A DNA stretch of 64,000 nucleotides from the IMG/VR virus record IMGVR_UViG_3300018875_000062, positions 5,730-69,729 of that record. One strand, written 5' to 3'. Position numbers and translations under genes: made by a program. Positions 48,513 to 57,267 of this stretch are shown one piece after another; positions within the stretch are counted from its first letter, which is position 1; the number at the start of each line of letters is the position of its first letter. This DNA comes from a virus. A model generated the notes under the pieces. It was not told the DNA's origin, ran no database searches, and saw nothing but the letters and a program-made list of their open reading frames with translations.

Positions 48513-49079
48513 TCAAAGTAATGAGGCAGCTGTTTGCTCCCGTGCCGCTTTACGAAACAGCAACGCCGATCCAAGCCATAGGGCGACAAAGCCAGCCGTG
48601 AGAACCCAGGTGAAGTGTCCAGCGACCTGAGCAATGACAGCGACCAATATCTGAGCGAGCGCCACCGCTACCATCGTAACTGCCATTCCGTACGGCTGGG
48701 AACGTGCGATAGCTGCCCCGGCTATGCCAACCGCGAGCACTCCGACATACATCAGGTTGAGGGGGTTATCCTCCGACCCAATTATCCCGACGGCAAGGTT
48801 CATCCACACAAGGACGAACGCTGCCGCTGTCGCTATTCCTACAGCAGCACGATACGCGCTGCTGCCGGTCGCCCTAGCCGCAAGCTCGTAGAGACCGCAT
48901 GCGACAGCCAACATAGATCCGAAGACGATGAAATCCGTCTCATCCCAATTTACTTCCGCAGTAACCTGCATCGCGATCAGGGGCAGCAGGAGCAGGAACG
49001 CCGCGGCACACCAGACCGCTATCCTCCAGCGGCTGCCTCGCCATCCGCTCCCAATATCTGGTTTTCCTGCCATAGCCAT
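48513..49079 (-). CDS. Multi-TM membrane protein (moron)
   Basis: About 6 hydrophobic helices, EVNW...DF, NLAVGIIGSE.N..N. Confidence 0.8.
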   Translation of the reverse strand: MAMAGKPDIGSGWRGSRWRIAVWCAAAFLLLLPLIAMQVTAEVNWDETDFIVFGSMLAVACGLYELAARATGSSAYRAAVGIATAAAFVLVWMNLAVGIIGSEDNPLNLMYVGVLAVGIAGAAIARSQPYGMAVTMVAVALAQILVAVIAQVAGHFTWVLTAGFVALWLGSALLFRKAAREQTAASLL

Positions 49080-49121
49080 GCTCCGTCCATAATCTAGGAT
49101 CTCACCCGGCTCCCGTCATAT

Positions 49122-49778
49122 TTACTCCGCAGCCTCCAATCGCTGCAACTCCGTCGCCTTCATCTGAACCTTCGTCCCTCGGCCCATGAAGTCGAGCAGC
49201 ACTTCCACTCTGCCCTTTGAAAGCATGGAGACGACTTGTGCCTGAAGGTCCGCGAAGGCTCCCACGGTGAGACGGACGACCTCTCCCGGTTGGTACTGCG
49301 GCCCAAGGTCCGGCAGACGGGTGAAGTCGAACTCTCCAGCCATCTCCCGCTCAAGCAGCCTCGCCAGCGGATGGATAGGCGTTTCCTGCCCGTCTCGTGG
49401 CTCAGGAGCGGGAATACGAGCTGGGGAGCCGTTGCCGTCGCGGACAAGGCCCTCAACGCCGTCCACACCTCTCATCCGGTAAAAGTCCTGATCCGGGCGC
49501 AGGCCGATGAACAGGTACCGGGGGAAGAGCGGAGACTCGCGGGCTTCCTTCTTCCTGGCGTGGACGACCCAGCGCTTTGTCTGAGGCAGATACGTCTGAT
49601 ACCCGGCGCGACGGAGGCCGAGCTGCGCCCTCCGCTCGCACTTGGGATTGCAGACGACCACGAACCAGGTGAAGCCTTCAAAGGTGTCCGGAGGCTCGTG
49701 GTTGATGATGCGGCCGATCTTGGCGAAGTGCGCAGGACCGTAGTGGGCAGACAGGACATAGCGGGGGGTGGTACTCAT
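49122..49778 (-). CDS. NusG-family antiterminator (late gene activator)
   Basis: WFVV..NP..E.RA..L, YLP, PLFPRYLF (NGN). GEVVR...GAF (KOW). Occupies the lambda Q position. Confidence 0.88.
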   Translation of the reverse strand: MSTTPRYVLSAHYGPAHFAKIGRIINHEPPDTFEGFTWFVVVCNPKCERRAQLGLRRAGYQTYLPQTKRWVVHARKKEARESPLFPRYLFIGLRPDQDFYRMRGVDGVEGLVRDGNGSPARIPAPEPRDGQETPIHPLARLLEREMAGEFDFTRLPDLGPQYQPGEVVRLTVGAFADLQAQVVSMLSKGRVEVLLDFMGRGTKVQMKATELQRLEAAE

Positions 49779-49902
49779 TACGCTGCTGCCTTCCATTCCA
49801 TGCGGGCGGGTTCTGTAGCCTGCTGTTGCATCTGGTCTTCGTAGAGAGCCCGTCTCATGGCTCGCCAGAAGAGGGCCTGCATGAGGGCTTTCTTGCCGAC
49901 CT

Positions 49903-50076
49903 TCATGACGCCAACCTCTTCAGCGACTTCGTGATCGCGGAACGGTCAACGCCGAAGCGGCGGGCAATCTCCGCGCGCCTCATGCCCTGATCGAGCAGAC
50001 GAAGAACCTCACGCTGGTCGAGGATAACCTTGCCGGTGTTGGCGTAGCGCCTCTTTTCGGTCTGCTGGGTGTTCAT
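49903..50076 (-). CDS. Small HTH protein
   Basis: Hand-translated 57 aa ORF with GMRRAEIARRFGVDRSAITK. ATGA overlaps on both sides. Confidence 0.65.
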   Translation of the reverse strand: MNTQQTEKRRYANTGKVILDQREVLRLLDQGMRRAEIARRFGVDRSAITKSLKRLAS

Positions 50077-50807
50077 GCTGCCTCCCCCTTCTTCATGTCC
50101 GTGAGGATCTTGGCGAGGCCTGCGCCGATGGTGATGGGCTGTGATGCCGTGGCCTGGAGGCGCTCAAGGGTCTGCTCCGGCGTTTCCTTCGGCTTCTTCG
50201 CGTCGTCCTTGGCCGCCATCTGGGGGCGGAGCTCTGTCTGCCAGCGAAGGACATCAGCGGCGCGCTTCTGCATGTCTGGATCGATCGGCGGCAAAATTTC
50301 CGCGTCGAGAACCGCCTCGATCTTCGCCCGCTCGTCCACGAACTTGTTGACCTCTTCCCGGCAGGCGCGGGCCATCTCGGGGGCTGTCGGGGCAAAGGTG
50401 CCCGTGCCGCGTCGGCCCTCCAGGAACTGCCGGCAGACCTCATTCACCGCCCACTCGGGATAGGGTGCCAAAGCCCGCACATAGAGGCTGATCGCGAGTT
50501 TCGCGTTCTCCTCGCCGTCATTGGTTGCCGGGAAAGCGGCCCGCAGAGTGGCTACCGAGCGCACCAGGGCGGTCTCTGAGGCCGGGGCTAAGGCATGGTC
50601 CAAATCTGCCTTGCGAGCCGCCAGCGCCCGCCTTTCGTCATCCGAAGGCGCGGACTCTGCCGGGATAACCTTCTTCGTCGCGGTCCCAGGCTTCGCTTCC
50701 AGGGCGTTCGTAAACCGCGAGGTGAGCACGTCGAGTTGTCGGCTGGGGAGCGTCGGGGCCGAGGATCTCACCGTCGAGATTGTCGAAAGGGCGGTCATGG
50801 GGTTCAC
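50073..50807 (-). CDS. Replication-region protein (helicase loader, lambda P position)
   Basis: Y..AL..YP.WAV...C, FAPT..E motif. Follows initiator. Confidence 0.65.
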   Translation of the reverse strand: MNPMTALSTISTVRSSAPTLPSRQLDVLTSRFTNALEAKPGTATKKVIPAESAPSDDERRALAARKADLDHALAPASETALVRSVATLRAAFPATNDGEENAKLAISLYVRALAPYPEWAVNEVCRQFLEGRRGTGTFAPTAPEMARACREEVNKFVDERAKIEAVLDAEILPPIDPDMQKRAADVLRWQTELRPQMAAKDDAKKPKETPEQTLERLQATASQPITIGAGLAKILTDMKKGEAA

Positions 50808-51573
50808 TCCGGGCGTTGAGTTCTTCGAGGTGGGCTTCGCGGGCGATGTTGAAGAAAGTGGCTTGGGCGGACTGTCGGGTTGCGGGACGGCCTGTCGGCG
50901 GCCCTTCGGAGGTTTTTCGGTAGGGCGAGCTGCACCACGTCCGCCAAGCGGCCTTCCAGTCGCGGTACTTCTGGCCCTTAGCGACGTTACGGTTCACGAA
51001 CCGCTCCCACTCCTCCATGACGAGGCTGCGCGAGATGCCCTTGGACACGGCATAGGCGATGTCCACCTCGTCGGGCTGAAGGTTCGGATCGATCTCGGTT
51101 TCAGGCTTGCGTGCCTTCTTGGGCGCACCCTCTCCTGAACGTAGTGAAGGAGAGTTATTGATAGGGTTAGGGTTAGGTGCTTTCGTTTTGCTTTCTTCAG
51201 AAAAACCATTTGCTTTATTCGCATCGTGATTTTCCAAGGACTTAGGCCTGCCGCCCATGCGTCCGGCAGCGGCCCTTTTCTCCGAGCGTTCAGCGACCCA
51301 ACGACGTTCTTTTGTGAGCCGCGACTGCCTCCAGAACCCGTCCTCATCCAAGGACCAGAACGCCATAATGGTCGGCTTAATGGCCTGCCAACGCTTCGCG
51401 CTGAGGCCGATCATGCGAGCGATCTTCGCGTCATCGTTCGGGATGCCGCATCCGGGGGACCGCCAAGCGATCATGAGGAGCTGCAAGTAAGCGCCATGTT
51501 CCTCGCAGGTCAGGTGCTTGGTGTCGCCAAAGTAGGCATCGGTAAAAAGCGGCAGGCTGGGGAATTGGCTCAT
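50638..51573 (-). CDS. DUF1376/YdaU-family replication initiator
   Basis: D Y..DT.HL..EEHGAY..LL..W, P.DD..IAR, DWKAAWR.W. Confidence 0.85.
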   Translation of the reverse strand: MSQFPSLPLFTDAYFGDTKHLTCEEHGAYLQLLMIAWRSPGCGIPNDDAKIARMIGLSAKRWQAIKPTIMAFWSLDEDGFWRQSRLTKERRWVAERSEKRAAAGRMGGRPKSLENHDANKANGFSEESKTKAPNPNPINNSPSLRSGEGAPKKARKPETEIDPNLQPDEVDIAYAVSKGISRSLVMEEWERFVNRNVAKGQKYRDWKAAWRTWCSSPYRKTSEGPPTGRPATRQSAQATFFNIAREAHLEELNARSEPHDRPFDNLDGEILGPDAPQPTTRRAHLAVYERPGSEAWDRDEEGYPGRVRAFG

Positions 51574-52079
51574 GACTGCACCTTCTTGGCCCATGCAATG
51601 ACCTGATCGACGCAGCCAAGCGGATCGCGCCAGAGTTCCGACCCGGTGAACCGGAAGATCTCAACCCCTGCCAGTTGGGCCTCACGGTCACGAGAGCGGT
51701 CCCTCGCGGCTTGTCCCTGTGTACGCTCATGGAAGTTGTGCCCGTCGCATTCCACGATGAGCGACTTCCATCCTTGTTCGCGGCTATATGCGTGGATGAC
51801 GAAATCCGCACGCCAGCTAAGAAAATTGCTCTGCGGCTCGATGAGCAGATAACGGCGGAAGAATGGCTCCGTCGTCAGCAGCTCGCGGCGCTCATCGGTC
51901 AGAGGAACCACGTCCCGGATATCGTGGACGCCGGTTCTGATGGAGAACACCAGAGCGAACCAAAACAACTGCTCGATCTTGGACTCGCAGATGTTCTCCT
52001 CCTTGAGCCAAGACATGTCTTCGCGGAATCGATCACAGATCTGCTCCGCCAAAAGATCGAATCCGAAGAGTTTGCTCAT
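51570..52079 (-). CDS. DUF559 (Vsr-like) endonuclease domain protein
   Basis: ES.IE, RADF, VECDGH.FHE, RDR.RDR, RFTGSE. Confidence 0.85.
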   Translation of the reverse strand: MSKLFGFDLLAEQICDRFREDMSWLKEENICESKIEQLFWFALVFSIRTGVHDIRDVVPLTDERRELLTTEPFFRRYLLIEPQSNFLSWRADFVIHAYSREQGWKSLIVECDGHNFHERTQGQAARDRSRDREAQLAGVEIFRFTGSELWRDPLGCVDQVIAWAKKVQS

Positions 52080-52282
52080 GCGACCTTGCCTTCTGTTTCG
52101 GTCTCCATCCGATGCGAGAAGCACCGCCAGCAGCCGGGGATGTTGCGGAGGTAGCTGACGCCATAGCCAAACGACGCGCGGGCTCCGCAGAGCTCGCAGA
52201 CGTGCTCACCGATGATCTCGCGAGCGGGCTTGGCTTCCGGCTTGGGCATGCTGGGGAAGTTGAACTGGAGGGCTTTGCTCAT
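52076..52282 (-). CDS. Small Zn-finger hypothetical protein
   Basis: C..CG..ASFGYG...C..H. Confidence 0.6.
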   Translation of the reverse strand: MSKALQFNFPSMPKPEAKPAREIIGEHVCELCGARASFGYGVSYLRNIPGCWRCFSHRMETETEGKVA

Positions 52283-52545
52283 TCGGCGCCCCCACCATCT
52301 GGAAGCGACGTCTCAAAGCCGCGATGCGCCCTGCCGTGGATAGGCTTGATGCCCAACTTGCCGAGGCGCCACAGCACAGTGCGGTACGGCATCTCGGGGA
52401 AAAGGGCCTGCCACACGTCGCGCGACGTGCCGCCGTCGCGGATGATCTTGCGAGCGCGGCTGATGTCGTTTGATGACCACTCGGTAGGCTTGCGGTGGCG
52501 GGCCGCAGCTGCCAGTTTTACGCCCTTGTCGTGCCAATACGCCAT
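52279..52545 (-). CDS. Hypothetical protein (possible HTH)
   Basis: Coupled ORF in early operon. Confidence 0.55.
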   Translation of the reverse strand: MAYWHDKGVKLAAAARHRKPTEWSSNDISRARKIIRDGGTSRDVWQALFPEMPYRTVLWRLGKLGIKPIHGRAHRGFETSLPDGGGAE

Positions 52546-52982
52546 CACCGCACCTCCGTGAACTTCACGCGGAGGCAGCCCCATCCGTTCAGGGTCTCGA
52601 CGGCATCCTTGAAGGTGTCCACGACAGCATGAGGGATGCCGTTCTTGTGGCAGAAGGCGGCGAAGGCCTCCTGATTGTCGTTCAAGCTCTCGCCTACCCG
52701 CTTGAGCTCCAGGGCGTGGAAGAGTCCCTGCGGGGATACGATCTGGAAATCAGGCCAGCCCGCCTTCAGTCCCATCCTCTTGAGTTTGGCGCCCGTCTTG
52801 TCGTCACGCAGCTCGCCGGCCGGGAAGTGCGTGTAGCGCCAATCCGGATGGCAGAAGTCCTTGAGCAGCTTTGCGACGGAAAACTGCAGCTTCAGTTCCT
52901 TCGGGCTGGGCAGCTGTTCACGCGTGATCACCTGACCAGTGAACAGCGGAAGACGAGGGCGGGGTTTGCGGGCGGCGCGCAT
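52545..52982 (-). CDS. VRR-NUC family nuclease
   Basis: E..LQ, LKRMG..AGWPD, LELK, Q. Confidence 0.8.
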   Translation of the reverse strand: MRAARKPRPRLPLFTGQVITREQLPSPKELKLQFSVAKLLKDFCHPDWRYTHFPAGELRDDKTGAKLKRMGLKAGWPDFQIVSPQGLFHALELKRVGESLNDNQEAFAAFCHKNGIPHAVVDTFKDAVETLNGWGCLRVKFTEVR

Positions 52983-52984
52983 GA

Positions 52985-53260
52985 TCAGCCCTCACGCGTA
53001 TGCGTATGCGCGTGAGGCGCGTTCTGATAGGCGTCGAGGTACAGATCGAACAGCGACGACCGCTCGGCCTGCTTCTCAGGGTCTTTTGCCTGCTTGCGGA
53101 GATGCGTGACCAGATCGCCCAAGGCAGTCTTGTCCAGGCCATTGCTCTTGGCCTCGGCATAGATGTCCTTGATGTCGGCTTTCAGGGCGTCCTCTTCGCC
53201 CTTGATGCGGAGGATGCGGTCGACGTAGGAACGGATGAGATCAGGGGCCATGTCGCTCAT
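52985..53260 (-). CDS. GapR-like (DUF2312) DNA-binding protein
   Basis: IRSYVDRI.R...E......DIKDIYAEAKSNG.D...L...RK...LYL. Confidence 0.88.
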   Translation of the reverse strand: MSDMAPDLIRSYVDRILRIKGEEDALKADIKDIYAEAKSNGLDKTALGDLVTHLRKQAKDPEKQAERSSLFDLYLDAYQNAPHAHTHTREG

Positions 53261-53559
53261 GCTGCAGCCTTTCCGGTCTTGAGGGTGCGATAGACGGCTG
53301 AATGGGCGCAGCCGAGACGCGCAGCGATCTGGCGATAGTTGAGGCCCTGGTCCTGAAGCGCCTTGCAGACGTTGAAGGCGATCTTCTTTCGAGGCCCGCG
53401 CTTAAGAGGGCCGAAGGGAAGCTGAATGCCCTTGATGCGCTCGTGGACAGCTCCCCTGCCCTTCACCTTCGCGAGCGCTTGGATCTCGCTGATGCTGTGG
53501 CCCTTGGCGCGAAGTGCCTTGATGGTGGTAATGGTGTCTTCAGGAAGGCGGCGGCTCAT
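53257..53559 (-). CDS. HTH DNA-binding protein
   Basis: Two HTH-like segments (GHSISEI, GLNYRQIAARLG...SAVYR). Confidence 0.7.
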   Translation of the reverse strand: MSRRLPEDTITTIKALRAKGHSISEIQALAKVKGRGAVHERIKGIQLPFGPLKRGPRKKIAFNVCKALQDQGLNYRQIAARLGCAHSAVYRTLKTGKAAA

Positions 53560-54059
53560 GCGGCACCTCCATTCCGGCGCATTGGCACCGGAGCGCTGAG
53601 GTCGCGCTTGGCATCCCGCCTGAACTCGGCAATCTCGATCTGCAGCTGCGCGGCAAGTGACTCCAGCTGCACCAGCTCCACGGCATCGATGCCGTCCCGA
53701 CGAGCCTCCTGCAGCTTCACCATCAGAGCGCAGGCAGCGCGGGTCAGATCGGTGGCATGCTCGTCGTAATCCGCCTCCTGTTTGAGGGAGCGATCACGCG
53801 GAACGAGGTCGCAATCGTGCAGGTCTGCCAGGATGCGAGTGACGATGGGCGCGTTAGCCTTGGCTTCCAGATCGGCAATGACATCGACTGGAGCGTTGGT
53901 CGTTTCGTGCGGGCTGCCATAGCGGGACAGACGGGCCGGATCCACGCGGGTGACTTCAGCGGCCGCCTTCGGACCGCCGACCTCCGGATGCTTGATCAGC
54001 TCGTCTTGTGCCTTCTTCAGGCGGTCGTAATCGATGCGGGCGAGATAACGAGAGTTCAT
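53556..54059 (-). CDS. CII-like phage regulatory protein
   Basis: VGG..AA...RV....LSRY, P.DV..DLE, position after cro. Confidence 0.65.
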   Translation of the reverse strand: MNSRYLARIDYDRLKKAQDELIKHPEVGGPKAAAEVTRVDPARLSRYGSPHETTNAPVDVIADLEAKANAPIVTRILADLHDCDLVPRDRSLKQEADYDEHATDLTRAACALMVKLQEARRDGIDAVELVQLESLAAQLQIEIAEFRRDAKRDLSAPVPMRRNGGAA

Positions 54060-54348
54060 GCCACGTTCTCAGGAATATTTGCGATGACGATGGACAGGAG
54101 GGGTGCGAAAACAGCAGCCGTAGCGAGGGGGCTCGAACGATGGGCGACGGTAAAGACAGCAAGGCGAAGGGAGCCAGCGACAGACAGGTGCGCGCTCACA
54201 TTCGCCGCGTGCTGAAGCAGCTGCTGCCGAAGGGTGGTGAGAAGAAGAAAGGCGCGGGCGACCAGAGGGAACGGTTGCACGAGGTCGCCCGCGCAGGTGC
54301 CATCAGCCAGGGAGGAAGAGCTGATGGAGGCAAGGAGAATGAGGGGCA

Positions 54349-54627
54349 TCATGCGGCTTCACCCGTTTTCGCCGTGGCCCCATGTTCGTTTGCAGGGGTA
54401 CTCTTGGCTCGTACGGAGGGACGAGCATGGGCAGCTACAAGCACCTCGTAGGTGACCCCCTTGATGCGCCGCTTTTTGGCAGCCTCAACCAGGGCGGGCC
54501 AGTAACTCACCGGGATGGAGCCTCTGAGCTTCATCAGCGTGGCATGGCTCTCACGCTTCAATCCGATATCTCTGGCCAATTCCGAGGCGGATGGCCACAA
54601 GGCGAATATGTCGTGAACTGTGCTCAT
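54349..54627 (-). CDS. Cro-like repressor
   Basis: I...WP...ELARDIG......M..RGSIP..YW. Divergent from cI. Confidence 0.8.
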   Translation of the reverse strand: MSTVHDIFALWPSASELARDIGLKRESHATLMKLRGSIPVSYWPALVEAAKKRRIKGVTYEVLVAAHARPSVRAKSTPANEHGATAKTGEAA

Positions 54628-54633
54628 GAAGAA

Positions 54634-54677
54634 CTAATACAATTTGTATTAGCTCCGGTCAACACCAAAAGTATGAT
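54634..54677. promoter_or_regulatory. OR operators and PR-like promoter
   Basis: Perfect inverted repeat CTAATACA-ATT-TGTATTAG (54634-54652), degenerate copy at about 54659-54677, minus-strand TTGACC -35. Confidence 0.75.
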
Positions 54678-54699
54678 CAACTTCGATACAACCGGTGTC

Positions 54700-55434
54700 A
54701 TGAAGACACGCGGGGAACGCCTTCGATGGGCGAGAGAGCAAGCAGGCTACCGGTCAGCCATGGCTGTATCGAAGGAGCTCGGCATTCCCTACTCGACCTA
54801 CAACACCCACGAACGAGCAGGTGAGCCAGGTGGGCGCGACTTCACGCCGGAGCAGGCCGAGACATATGCGCGGAAATTTCGTGTTGCGCACGGGTGGCTC
54901 CTAACTGGCAAAGGCGATCCAAAGGCCGGAGGCGACCATGTGCCACCTCAAATCCGGCCGATCGACGTGTCATTGGCGCAATATGTTGTAGCCGGCTCGG
55001 TCGCCGCGGGGACTTATCGCGAGGTAAGCGAGTTCTTCGACGAGGAGCCGCCAAAGATTACTGCCCCCGTCGATATGAAGTACCCTGACGCCCGCCATAT
55101 GGCCTTCGCCATCGAAGGTGATAGCATGAACAAGGCCAAGCCGCCGATGTTCGAGGGTGGCTATGTCCTCTGCGTCGATTATGAGGACTTGGATAACCGT
55201 GTCCCGCTCCGTGACGGCATGAAAGTCGTTGTGGAGCGCACCAAAGACGGCGGGCAACTGCGCGAATGGTCGGTCAAAGAGGTAGAGCTCTATGAGGACC
55301 GCGTAGAGTTTCATCCCCGATCCGACAACCCGAAGCACAAGGCCATTGTTGTGCCTCGGAACTTTCAGCCGGATGACGGGACTGAGGTGAAAATCCTCGC
55401 TCTGGTGCGCAGCGTCCACTATCCGGCTGATTAA
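54700..55434 (+). CDS. CI-like repressor (XRE HTH + S24 peptidase)
   Basis: RLRWARE.AG, WLLTGKG, VAAG cleavage site, EGDSMN, SVK. Confidence 0.92.
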   Translation: MKTRGERLRWAREQAGYRSAMAVSKELGIPYSTYNTHERAGEPGGRDFTPEQAETYARKFRVAHGWLLTGKGDPKAGGDHVPPQIRPIDVSLAQYVVAGSVAAGTYREVSEFFDEEPPKITAPVDMKYPDARHMAFAIEGDSMNKAKPPMFEGGYVLCVDYEDLDNRVPLRDGMKVVVERTKDGGQLREWSVKEVELYEDRVEFHPRSDNPKHKAIVVPRNFQPDDGTEVKILALVRSVHYPAD

Positions 55435-55691
55435 TAGGGAACGTTGATCCATTCGACCTTCACCCCCGTGATGGTACCAATCGGGCATTCGCACTTGCCG
55501 CAGACAAAAGTCTGCTTCGCAAGCAAGCCGCTCTCAATCAGCTCATCCTCTGTCGTGATCTCGGGCGGGACGGCCTGCAGATATCGTGAAGAAGGTCGCT
55601 GGCAGTTGTAGCAGGTCAGAAAGATCTGGAAGCGGGGCATCTCGTTCCGGTAATCGTCCCCATAGCTCTCCTGAATCATCTGGCTCGACAT
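55431..55691 (-). CDS. Small CxxC-CxxC Zn-ribbon protein
   Basis: AGGAG RBS. CYNC...CGKC. Stop overlaps cI stop. Confidence 0.7.
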   Translation of the reverse strand: MSSQMIQESYGDDYRNEMPRFQIFLTCYNCQRPSSRYLQAVPPEITTEDELIESGLLAKQTFVCGKCECPIGTITGVKVEWINVPY

Positions 55692-55734
55692 ACGCTTCTC
55701 CTGTTGAGGCTGCGTCAGCCTGACTCAGAAACGA

Positions 55735-55749
55735 GAACAGAACAAGAAC
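55735..55749. promoter_or_regulatory. Alphaproteobacterial LexA (SOS) box
   Basis: GAAC-AGAACAA-GAAC (GTTC-N7-GTTC on minus strand). Confidence 0.78.
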
Positions 55750-55809
55750 ATATGGCTGTGGATATCGGGGATCGAAACGATTCAAGTCCTAAGCCACTGA
55801 TCCGCCAAG

Positions 55810-55866
55810 CTAATACTTTTTGTAAAAGTTTTGCTTGACCTGGCTAATACATTTTGTATGAATACC
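55810..55866 (+). promoter_or_regulatory. OL operators and PL-like promoter
   Basis: CTAATACTTTTTGTAAAAG (55810-28) and CTAATACATTTTGTATGAA (55844-62) flanking TTGACC. Confidence 0.72.
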
Positions 55867-56004
55867 TCATCACCTCACCGGAGATGAGCCCCATGCAGAC
55901 CCTCCCCACCTTCACTCTTGAAGCTCTCCGCGATGGCTTTGCCGTCGTGTTCCTGATCGGCGTAGTTGCGCTCGGCTGTGTGGCTCTCGGTGGGGGTTAC
56001 TGAG

Positions 56005-56244
56005 ATGGCGGAGACGCTCAACCAAGCACTGGCGTCATTGGGACTTACGACCCGCCCGAGCCGCTACTACGGCAAGAAGATCATCGTCGACGCCAGCGGT
56101 CTAGAACTCGGCCACTTCGATGCGTCCGAGGGATGGGAGCTTGTTAGCCGCCTCCGTACTGAGCGGCGAGCCGAATACCAGCGTCAAGCAGAAGTCTACG
56201 CGATGCAGGAGCTGGGATACCTCCGCAATTCGGAGGCCGCCTGA
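56005..56244 (+). CDS. Hypothetical early protein
   Basis: Ends EAA, coupled to next ORF. Confidence 0.6.
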   Translation: MAETLNQALASLGLTTRPSRYYGKKIIVDASGLELGHFDASEGWELVSRLRTERRAEYQRQAEVYAMQELGYLRNSEAA

Positions 56245-56483
56245 TGCGCCAGCGCACCATCAACTGGAACGGCCACATGCGCGACATGCGCCGCTACCGC
56301 TCCCCTGAGCAGATGCTCATCCGCGAGATGCTGGCTGCGCTGAAGGCTGCCCAACCAGTCTTGGCAGAGGAAGCCGAACTGCGGGAGTCCGCCTGCATCC
56401 CCGAATACCTCGACCAGGCACAGAAGGCCCTCAGGGCTGTCGATGCCGCTATCACCAAAGCAGAGAGGCACACCAATGGGTGA
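56244..56483 (+). CDS. Hypothetical early protein
   Basis: GGAGG RBS, TGATG coupling. Confidence 0.65.
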   Translation: MRQRTINWNGHMRDMRRYRSPEQMLIREMLAALKAAQPVLAEEAELRESACIPEYLDQAQKALRAVDAAITKAERHTNG

Positions 56484-56709
56484 GATCGTCCGCTTCCCTA
56501 CTCGCCTTCGCCCCATTCAGCCGATCACCGCAGAGCAGGTTGAGATCCGAGACGCTCTGATCGTGACGATGGGCCCTCATTGCCGTCAGTGCGGCGACCA
56601 TGGGGTGATCTTCTTCGATACGGCCTACGGTCCGAGCTATCGCCCCTGCCCCTGCGGCGGAACGGGTGAGGATCGGATCGACCTGAACGACTTCGACGGA
56701 GCAGCGTGA
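56476..56709 (+). CDS. Small Zn-finger early protein
   Basis: C..CGD.G...PCPCG. Confidence 0.6.
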   Translation: MGEIVRFPTRLRPIQPITAEQVEIRDALIVTMGPHCRQCGDHGVIFFDTAYGPSYRPCPCGGTGEDRIDLNDFDGAA

Positions 56710-56821
56710 TGGGCACCTACAACACCATCATGGGCAGCGTCTTCGCTGTCATCCTGCTTGGCTCTGCCGCTTACGCTCTCGTGGTCTGCATGTGGCCTGT
56801 GAAGGCTGATCGGGAGGCGCG

Positions 56822-57016
56822 GTGATGCCCCGGTTCAGCAACGAAGAGCGTGGGCTCCTGATCGAGATTGCCGAGACGTTCGCCCGGACGAGCGACGACA
56901 AGAAGGTCCGAGGCCACCTGATCAGCGCGGCTCGCAAACTGCGTCAGTCCGACGAGGCCATGACCCGTCGTCATGCAGAAAAGCGGAGGATCAGCCATGT
57001 CATTCAGCAAGCCTGA
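56822..57016 (+). CDS. Hypothetical early protein
   Basis: GGAGG RBS. Confidence 0.5.
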   Translation: MMPRFSNEERGLLIEIAETFARTSDDKKVRGHLISAARKLRQSDEAMTRRHAEKRRISHVIQQA

Positions 57017-57267
57017 CTGCCGCGCCTTCTCTCGCAAGGCTCAAAACCTTGCGCTGTTCTTCGTGGCGGCCGTGACCCTCGCTGCCCTTGGCGTCCTGTT
57101 TCATTCCATCTGGGTTCTGCGTCCATGAAGCAGGTCGTCATCACTCCCCGCTGGCGAGGCCCTGAAACCAAACGGATCGCCCGCCGCAAGATCGAAACAA
57201 CCTCCCGGCTCTGCAAGGAGCTGGGGCTGCCTAAACCGATCCTGAAATTCCCGAAGGACAAGCACCA

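Noticed and set aside
51160-51177. Telomere-like TTAGGG repeats
   Set aside because: Only 2-3 copies, encoding a Pro-Asn linker on the minus strand
54382-54699. N-terminal extension of cI to 350 aa in the ORF track
   Set aside because: It overlaps cro and the operator region. The HTH begins at MKTRGERL (54700)
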